From IMG/VR virus record IMGVR_UViG_3300032326_001284, positions 1-53,335 of that record: a stretch of 53,335 bases of DNA; one strand, written 5' to 3'. A program made the translations under genes and the position numbers. Of this stretch, positions 47,404-53,335 are shown piece by piece (the stretch's first letter is position 1; each line of letters begins with the position of its first letter). This stretch comes from a virus. Taxonomy: Duplodnaviria > Caudoviricetes. Under the pieces are notes generated by a model. It saw nothing but the letters and a program-made list of their open reading frames with translations. It did no database searches and was not told the origin of the DNA.

Positions 47404-48111
47404 ATGAAAGTAGACGCGTTGTTTATTAGTGATGTTCATCTTGGATCAAAAGGATCCAATGCTGAGGAGGTTTTAAACGTTTTAAAATACTATCAACCAG
47501 AATATCTATTCTTGGTTGGGGATATTATCGATGGTTGGTTATTAAAACGTAAATTTCGCTGGCCCCAATCTCACACAAATGTATTAAGAAAGATCTTATC
47601 CTATTCAAAGAATGGCACAAGGGTCATATATATTCCTGGTAATCATGATGAGTTTTTAAGAGAGTACGGAGAATTCTCTTTTGGAAACGTTGAAATTCAT
47701 AATGAGTATATATGGAAGCAGACCTTTATTACTCACGGTGATTTATATGATGGTGTCGTAAAATTAAAGTGGTTGGGGGTTCTAGGTTCTATTGGATATG
47801 ATATGGCCATTTCTATTGATAGACAATTAAAGAAAATGGGTATGAAACGTTCTTTATCTAAGTTTTTAAAGAACAAGGTAAAAGAGGCGGTTAAGTTTAT
47901 TACTCAGTTTGAAGTAGAACTTGTTCGTCAGGCTAAGAAACATCATTGTATAAATGTAATGTGTGGCCACATTCATCATCCTGATGATAGAATGATTGAT
48001 GGTGTTAGATACTTAAACACCGGGGATTGGATTGAAAATAACAGTTACATTATTTATAAAAACGATGAGTTCATCTCTAAAAGATATTCTGACCATAGTC
48101 ATTCCAAGTAA
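47404..48111 (+). CDS. UDP-2,3-diacylglucosamine diphosphatase-like (LpxH-like) metallophosphoesterase
   Basis: SDVHLG, GDIIDGW, GNHD, HGD, GHIH and N.GDW motifs. Confidence 0.85.
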   Translation: MKVDALFISDVHLGSKGSNAEEVLNVLKYYQPEYLFLVGDIIDGWLLKRKFRWPQSHTNVLRKILSYSKNGTRVIYIPGNHDEFLREYGEFSFGNVEIHNEYIWKQTFITHGDLYDGVVKLKWLGVLGSIGYDMAISIDRQLKKMGMKRSLSKFLKNKVKEAVKFITQFEVELVRQAKKHHCINVMCGHIHHPDDRMIDGVRYLNTGDWIENNSYIIYKNDEFISKRYSDHSHSK

Positions 48112-48778
48112 GAATGAATCCAGAAACATATACGATTGTGTTTATCACATATCGAAGCAAGCCAACATTACTGGTACAAAAATAATCATTGCAGATGTGT
48201 CTGATGAAAAGGATTCTATTAACTGGATTCGCAGAACCTGTGTTGATTTTAATTACACGTTAAAGATAAAAGTTATCAAAGGTGGATACCCAGCAGAGGG
48301 AAGACTAAATGGATCAAAGCTAGCGTCTACCAAATATGTGTTGTTTATTGATGCGGATGTATTTCTAACAAACAAACATATTATATCTGAAGTTATAAAA
48401 CATGAAAAAGATCTAGCGACAGTTCCTTTCAACACAGATAAACCATATAATATTGTTTTTAGATTCTTTGATTTATTCCAATATCTTGGATCAAAACTTG
48501 GTTCCCCATTTGCAATAGGTGGGTTTCAATTATGGAACACTGAAGCCTACTGGTCAGTTGGTGGATATAATCCAGAGGAAAGGTTCGCAGAAGATTATTC
48601 TATATCACAAAAAGTTATTTCAAAGAACTTTAAAGTGGTTAATATACACGGAGCTTATACATCCGCAAGAAGATTTCAAAAGAAAGGAGTTCTATGGATG
48701 TTTAGTATTATGATTAAGAGTTATATAAACAGAAAGAAACCAGAATTCTTTAAACATCATCACAACTACTGGACTTAA
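48065..48778 (+). CDS. Glycosyltransferase family 2
   Basis: VIP.KNE, DAD, ED and SARRF motifs. Confidence 0.88.
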   Translation: MSSSLKDILTIVIPSKNESRNIYDCVYHISKQANITGTKIIIADVSDEKDSINWIRRTCVDFNYTLKIKVIKGGYPAEGRLNGSKLASTKYVLFIDADVFLTNKHIISEVIKHEKDLATVPFNTDKPYNIVFRFFDLFQYLGSKLGSPFAIGGFQLWNTEAYWSVGGYNPEERFAEDYSISQKVISKNFKVVNIHGAYTSARRFQKKGVLWMFSIMIKSYINRKKPEFFKHHHNYWT

Positions 48779-48859
48779 TGCAAACAATATATCCCTGGAT
48801 TTTTTCGTTTACTATTGTTGGTGTATTCGTTATATTACAAATAATAGTAAATCAGTTAA

Positions 48860-49177
48860 ATGGCAAAAAAACAACTACAGAAATTCGTTAAGGAATGGAA
48901 CGAAGCAACCCCGTCAGAAGTCTTTGAGGGTGTTAGAGATAACTTTATCTTTGGATTCTTAGGTGCAACCATTGTTGTATTCATATCCACTAGAGCCGAT
49001 CTAATGGTAATTCTTGGTTATCTGGCTTACTATTTCTTTATGGGTAGGATTGTAAACCGCCCAAAGTATGTAACTGATCTAGGTAAGTTGATCGTCTTTC
49101 CTATTCCATCCGCATTTGGTGCATTTGCGGGGTATAAGATATCATATCTCCTTCAAGGCTTATTAAATCATGTGTGA
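48860..49177 (+). CDS. Membrane protein
   Basis: About three hydrophobic segments. Confidence 0.65.
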   Translation: MAKKQLQKFVKEWNEATPSEVFEGVRDNFIFGFLGATIVVFISTRADLMVILGYLAYYFFMGRIVNRPKYVTDLGKLIVFPIPSAFGAFAGYKISYLLQGLLNHV

Positions 49178-49189
49178 TATTTATAACAT

Positions 49190-49750
49190 ATGAAGATATT
49201 AATTACAGAAAGTCAATTAAAGAATCTACTGTTAGAAGAAGATAAAACCTCAATTAATGAAGAAGATTCAAACGAATTATTACGTTCTATTTACTCTTTA
49301 GCTAAAAATAATAACGGTCTTTTTAAATCTGAGAAGCAAGCACAGTTTCTTAAACGACAGATAGATTTTAGAGACGGTATAGTCGGAAGTCAAGAAATGT
49401 ATGGTAACTCAGTATCTGTGCGTGCGGAATATGATGACAAAGGAATCACAAAGATATACACACACTCTCATAAGACTAACAGAGACGTGGTAAAGTTTAT
49501 AAGAATATCTGATGAACAGTTTAAAGATAATCAAGATAGGTTTATATCAAATCGAAATGCTGAGATTGAAAAAGCTAAATCCGGTATAGTACAGAACATA
49601 CAGCAACGTATTGATTTGTTAAGAAACGATATAGCCGAATTAGCAAATGAGATAGACAATGATCCGTCAATGGCTATAATCCTTAACAAACATATTGATA
49701 GATATCGTTTAGAATTGGTAGACTTAGAACGTCAACTAGCAGAGCTTTAA
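49190..49750 (+). CDS. Protein with MKILITESQLK leader
   Basis: TATTTATA at 49178; coiled-coil C-terminus. Confidence 0.7.
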   Translation: MKILITESQLKNLLLEEDKTSINEEDSNELLRSIYSLAKNNNGLFKSEKQAQFLKRQIDFRDGIVGSQEMYGNSVSVRAEYDDKGITKIYTHSHKTNRDVVKFIRISDEQFKDNQDRFISNRNAEIEKAKSGIVQNIQQRIDLLRNDIAELANEIDNDPSMAIILNKHIDRYRLELVDLERQLAEL

Positions 49751-49759
49751 CCGAATAAA

Positions 49760-51691
49760 CTACCCAACATCTAGGATTGATTTCTCAATTGAATTGATTG
49801 AGTATGGATTATCATCCCCACCCATCATATTGTATTTGTCTTGAATAATCTTTTTAAGTTCACCGCCTAATCCAAGTGATCCATATATTCTTGAATCGTC
49901 CAGATCAACTTGTTGTTCCATAAATTGTGGAAGAATACTTCTATAATAATTTACTAATGAACTCTTTAATCCCTTTTTTATACCGTAGTCAACTTCCTGA
50001 AAAGAAATTTCAACGTCTTCACCACGTCTAGCTCTTTGTATTTTATTTAAAACTATTGAACTTAGATTTGCTTTATCTTTAATTCGGTAAAACTCTGTAT
50101 GCGAATACTCACCCCCATGTTTTGTCCTTCTTAATCTAATAAGTTCGTTGATTTCATTGTCTGGAATATCAAAAGTCATTAACTCATGAGTTAAATTTCT
50201 ATATGTTTCTTGTTCCAATTCTCTTAGGTTTACGAAGATTTTTTTAAGCGCGATTTTAACGTCATTAGTTTTCTTTACTCTATTAAAGAATCCGGCGTGA
50301 ATTAAATTTATTTTTCTAGAACCATTAATAAACACCTCATAACCACCATCTCCATCAGAATATTCTTGAAACTTTATCCAAACATAATTCTGTAAGAATT
50401 TAATCATGTTTGCTAATTTCGTCACAAGAACATTTGGATTGACATCACTTAGATCATTGAGATATTTGGTGAATAAATCTTTATATGTATTCGTAAGAAC
50501 TTGAAGTTTTTCTGAATGAAACACATTGAAATTATAATCCTCTTCTTGCATATACAAACCAATGTCGCCCACAATACTTTTAACAATATCTTTGACGGCC
50601 CTTTGATATGTCCAATTTTTTTCACCATTGGTCATATCCTCATCGTCAAGCAATTGGTTAATATCTTTAATTAGTTTATCAACGTTTTGTTTATCCCTTT
50701 TAATCCTTTCTAATTCCTTATTAATTGATTTAAATTTAGGATAAACGCCAATGCTATTTAAATAGTTTATAACATTATCTATGTGAGTATCATCCATTAA
50801 ATGTGACGCACTAATCTGATCCCCATTCATTGTAAAGCCAATCATAACATAGTTTTCATCAACGTTTTCATCAAAGTTAAAAAATACATATTGATTTCTG
50901 TTGTCAGCGGTATAGTTGGCATATTGTTCTTTACTATCATAGATACACCAAGATGGCGAACCAATAAGTCTTAGCCCCTCAAATGAATTAACTAATACCA
51001 AAAGCTTTTCGTCTTTATCATAAACAACTTTTAAGTCGTTACTTGATTTGACTTTTTCCATAATAGAATCATATGAAACACCAAGTTTATGAAATTTAAT
51101 AAATGATGTTAAATAATTCTTAAGGTCTTGGGGTGTTTTATATCTGCTAAGTTTGCTTTTGAATCTGGTTTCAGCCGCTGTGCCTTCAATCTCTCTAAAG
51201 TAATAACTAATTTCCACGGACAAATCATTCCCACCCTCAATAAGTCTGGTTCTAAGATTTTTATCAGGGATTATATTATAGAATTTCTTAAGATTCTTTT
51301 TATGTTGTATTAGATTAATATCCTTTTCTAAATCTAATAAATCAATATACTCAGTTAATTTCTTTGGTAAAAGAGATAGGTCTTGTCTATTGGCTTTTAA
51401 TTTTTCATATATATGGGTTGAGTGAGCCCAAAGTCTTTCAAGATAATGAACTTTATTTTCGGGGTAATCAGTGATTATTTTTTGAATATCACTATGGTCA
51501 TTTAAAGTATTATATACAAGATTTATAATAATACCCAGAAAGCCGATAGAGTTATCGGCTGCCAATCTTTGTTTGAACGCAACGTAATCTGGATCATCAA
51601 GGGGAACTTGGATTATTTTTAGGATTTTCTCAGCTTTCGCCACGTCTTCCATAAGCATTAATTGTTCCGCAAGTATATTCTTAAACTTCAT
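49760..51691 (-). CDS. Large hypothetical protein with G.xSWCI motif (PcfJ-related)
   Basis: ATG at 51691 after TATTTATA; IGSPSWCI...Y....QY.F pattern. Confidence 0.65.
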   Translation of the reverse strand: MKFKNILAEQLMLMEDVAKAEKILKIIQVPLDDPDYVAFKQRLAADNSIGFLGIIINLVYNTLNDHSDIQKIITDYPENKVHYLERLWAHSTHIYEKLKANRQDLSLLPKKLTEYIDLLDLEKDINLIQHKKNLKKFYNIIPDKNLRTRLIEGGNDLSVEISYYFREIEGTAAETRFKSKLSRYKTPQDLKNYLTSFIKFHKLGVSYDSIMEKVKSSNDLKVVYDKDEKLLVLVNSFEGLRLIGSPSWCIYDSKEQYANYTADNRNQYVFFNFDENVDENYVMIGFTMNGDQISASHLMDDTHIDNVINYLNSIGVYPKFKSINKELERIKRDKQNVDKLIKDINQLLDDEDMTNGEKNWTYQRAVKDIVKSIVGDIGLYMQEEDYNFNVFHSEKLQVLTNTYKDLFTKYLNDLSDVNPNVLVTKLANMIKFLQNYVWIKFQEYSDGDGGYEVFINGSRKINLIHAGFFNRVKKTNDVKIALKKIFVNLRELEQETYRNLTHELMTFDIPDNEINELIRLRRTKHGGEYSHTEFYRIKDKANLSSIVLNKIQRARRGEDVEISFQEVDYGIKKGLKSSLVNYYRSILPQFMEQQVDLDDSRIYGSLGLGGELKKIIQDKYNMMGGDDNPYSINSIEKSILDVG

Positions 51692-51711
51692 CACATATAA
51701 ATATAGAAATA

Positions 51712-52173
51712 TTATATAAACCATGCGGGTATTTCCGCATTTTTCCATGTGCTAAACGATCTTTTCTCACCCATGTAGTAGTTTCTATAGGATTGAACGT
51801 GACATGCTTCTTTGTATTCATCTGGCATGGCCAGCGGCGGATCGCTAAATGTGTTGTTTGGAATATCCGGGTGATTATCCGCACACCATAACAAAATATC
51901 ATAAGTCTTATGGGTTTTACCATAACGATTATTATATTCCCAGCATAGATTGATGGCCATTTCACATAACCACATGTAGTTATTCAAGTCACTACGGACC
52001 CATATACTACTTGGATGATTCTTGTGGGATAGTTTATATGGTGCTTCTGATCCGGTTACCCAGTGTGAACCACATAATAACTGCGCTGATTCAAGAATCA
52101 TTTTGACTACGTGCTTATCATTATGATACTGTGCACATTTGCTGGGGTTTTTATCTAAATAGAATATATTCAT
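51712..52173 (-). CDS. Pyrimidine-dimer DNA glycosylase/endonuclease V-like protein
   Basis: MNIF..DKHVVKMILE.AQ.L, HKNHP..W and EY..RY.K.H motifs. Confidence 0.8.
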   Translation of the reverse strand: MNIFYLDKNPSKCAQYHNDKHVVKMILESAQLLCGSHWVTGSEAPYKLSHKNHPSSIWVRSDLNNYMWLCEMAINLCWEYNNRYGKTHKTYDILLWCADNHPDIPNNTFSDPPLAMPDEYKEACHVQSYRNYYMGEKRSFSTWKNAEIPAWFI

Positions 52174-52256
52174 AACTCAAAACTATAAATAATTTATTAA
52201 TATACCAAAAAAGTAAACAAATTTGTTTATTTATTATTTTTATATTATATTAGTAT

Positions 52257-52898
52257 ATGGTAAAGATAGAAAAACTTGATATGGAAAGAACCGAACTGAT
52301 AAGAAAGATCGGTAAACTATTCCCAAATGGTAAAGGTGTTGAGGTTGGAACGTTCAAAGGAACATTCGCCAGGGAGATACTTCTCAATTGGACTGGTCAT
52401 TTATATATGGTGGATGTCTGGCGTGGGTTGAGTGATAATGAATATCAAGATGGAAGTAATCATTACAGTCATAATGATGCATTCGAACTAACCATGCTCA
52501 ATATTGATGGTTTCGAGGATAGGGCCACAATGATTAGAACAAAATCTACACAAGGCGCGGATCTATTCCAAGATAATTCCCTGGACTTTGTATACATCGA
52601 TGCCAACCACGCATATGATTATGTTGTGGAAGATATGGAAAAATGGTACCCCAAAGTTAAAAATGGTGGTTATCTTATTGGTCATGACTACCTTGATATT
52701 GATTGGAATAATAATGAATTCAAACTACTGAATAATGGAAAAGACATATATCTGGATAAACCTCTAGAAGGTCAAGAGTTCAATGCTCAAGGTGTATTCG
52801 GTGTTAATCCAGCGGTTCACGAATTCTGTGAGAAATATAACCATACCGATCTAAAGTTAACAAATGAATTTTTCTCTAGTTGGATAATAAGAAAATGA
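52257..52898 (+). CDS. Class I methyltransferase (Methyltransf_24-like)
   Basis: EVGTFKG, YIDANH and GHDY motifs. Confidence 0.88.
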   Translation: MVKIEKLDMERTELIRKIGKLFPNGKGVEVGTFKGTFAREILLNWTGHLYMVDVWRGLSDNEYQDGSNHYSHNDAFELTMLNIDGFEDRATMIRTKSTQGADLFQDNSLDFVYIDANHAYDYVVEDMEKWYPKVKNGGYLIGHDYLDIDWNNNEFKLLNNGKDIYLDKPLEGQEFNAQGVFGVNPAVHEFCEKYNHTDLKLTNEFFSSWIIRK

Positions 52899-52921
52899 TA
52901 TTTATAATATAAACAAATACT

Positions 52922-53332
52922 ATGGCATATTCAGATAAGGTCTTGGACCACTACTCAAACCCTAAAAACGTAGGAACACTGGACAAATCTAAATCAAATG
53001 TGGGTACCGGGTTGGTTGGTGCTCCTGAGTGTGGTGATGTAATGAGACTACAAATTGAAGTGGTTGACAATATTATAACCGACGCTAAATTCAAAACCTT
53101 TGGGTGTGGTTCAGCAATTGCATCTTCTTCAGTGGCAACAGAATGGCTAAAAGGTAAAACCATAGATGAAGCTATAACCATTGATAATATGGATTTGGTT
53201 GAAGAACTTAATCTCCCACCCGTAAAAATACATTGCAGTGTTCTTGCTGAAGACGCCATCAAATCAGCAATAAACGACTATAGAAAGAAACAAGGATTAG
53301 AACAATTGGTCTTTGAAGAAACACATATCTAA
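52922..53332 (+). CDS. iscU: Fe-S cluster scaffold IscU
   Basis: MAYSDKVLDH, APECGDVM, FGCGSAIASSS and LPPVKIHCS motifs. Confidence 0.97.
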   Translation: MAYSDKVLDHYSNPKNVGTLDKSKSNVGTGLVGAPECGDVMRLQIEVVDNIITDAKFKTFGCGSAIASSSVATEWLKGKTIDEAITIDNMDLVEELNLPPVKIHCSVLAEDAIKSAINDYRKKQGLEQLVFEETHI

Positions 53333-53335
53333 TGG

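Noticed and set aside
660-53262. Numerous antisense or nested ORFs in the track (e.g. 660-1085, 2860-3273, 27636-28079, 52951-53262)
   Set aside because: Shadows of well-supported genes, with no motifs or initiation context
1-53335. Stop-codon reassignment (TAG or TGA)
   Set aside because: Conserved genes are intact in the standard code and all three stop codons end genes at sensible places
1-53335. CRISPR array, rRNA, transposase or intact integrase
   Set aside because: No repeat-spacer periodicity or recognisable motifs seen by eye

Overview
AT-rich, gene-dense segment of a large (probably jumbo) tailed dsDNA phage genome, most likely infecting a Bacteroidota host. Host evidence: TTTG-N19/20-TAnnTTTG promoters, A-rich initiation regions without Shine-Dalgarno sequences, and a TonB receptor with a 'Q-rule' signal peptide. 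The standard genetic code gives intact ORFs. Layout: (1) 1-10.3 kb: at least three tandem paralogous fibre/beta-propeller-like genes ending in SSGHCGWR, then a coiled-coil protein, a tail-fibre-assembly-like protein, a radical SAM/SPASM enzyme, a U32-like Fe-S protein, a methyltransferase, an unusual tRNA (serine-type body, CCG anticodon), a TonB-dependent receptor and a DUF401-like permease. This block is the best candidate for an undescribed system. (2) 10.3-15.7 kb: minus-strand glycosylation operon. (3) 16-53 kb: accessory genes (thyA, NlpC/P60, PcfJ-like pair, speD, HAD and metallo-phosphatases, SPFH, a second radical SAM with a sulfotransferase, two DEDDh exonucleases, a stand-alone DnaA C-terminal domain, T5orf172 and HNH nucleases, 2OG oxygenase, LpxH-like, denV-like, iscU), interspersed with TATTTATA-driven genes carrying a shared N-terminal leader. 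All family calls are motif recognition by eye; no searches were run.
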